From NCBI RefSeq assembly GCF_006345805.1, contig NC_043013.1, positions 34,348,001 through 34,412,000 of the forward strand: a DNA stretch of 64,000 nucleotides, read 5' to 3'. The position numbers and the translations under genes were made by a program. Positions within the stretch are counted from its first letter, which is position 1. Each line of letters starts with the position of its first letter. This stretch comes from Octopus sinensis (lineage: Eukaryota). The notes below the pieces were generated by a model that saw only the letters and a program-made list of their open reading frames with translations, made no database searches and was not told where the DNA came from. Shown one piece after another: positions 63,640 to 64,000 of this stretch.

Positions 63640-64000
63640 GCATGTATTCATGTATGTGCGTATCTTCAGATTTTATAGGTAAAAAGCATGCACATACAGA
63701 TGTATTATACACATATATATGTAATATATATATTGTATATGTAAATAAATATATATACACATATATGTATATATATATATGTATATGTAAATAAATATAT
63801 ATCTATACACTCACACACACATATACATACACATTAAATATATATATATGTATGAGTTGTGTGTGTATAAAAAACAGTATGTGAATATATATTTGTATAT
63901 GTATGTATATACATATATGTGTGTTCGCATATGTATATATATGTGTTATGTATCATATATCTATATCTATACATCTATCAATCTCTCTCTCTATCTATCT

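Noticed and set aside
655-63794. Dozens of ORFs rich in IY, CV, HT, LSIY, poly-I, poly-L or poly-D
   Set aside because: They are translations of stop-free microsatellites and show no domain-like content.

Overview
AT-rich, microsatellite-saturated eukaryotic non-coding DNA. The repeat families look like those of coleoid cephalopods, most likely Octopus; this is inferred from repeat motifs only. I found no intact host protein-coding gene, rRNA, true tRNA gene or CRISPR array. Almost all supplied ORFs are read-throughs of (TA)n, (CA)n, (ATT)n, (ATC)n or (GATA)n tracts. The interpretable content is mobile DNA. (1) At least four tRNA-derived SINE families, named A, B, D and E locally. (2) Five or six 3' fragments of an RTE LINE, one with an 11-copy 62-bp internal minisatellite. 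(3) Three C-terminal fragments of R4/Dong-type restriction-like-endonuclease retrotransposons next to (TAA)n. (4) A decayed pogo/Tigger transposase directly after a ~280-bp near-perfect foldback. (5) A piggyBac-type MITE and an 8-bp-TSD MITE. (6) A 4.2-kb modular tandem amplification whose junctions all fall in microsatellites. The most striking signal is a set of about ten hammerhead-ribozyme-like motifs of the minimal Penelope type, mostly inside inverted repeats. These include a both-strand pair with a compensatory U3-A8 core (25245-25533) and a head-to-head dimer of a tRNA-headed, hammerhead-tailed element (52715-53563). Coordinates were counted by eye, and repeat boundaries may be off by a few to about 20 bp.
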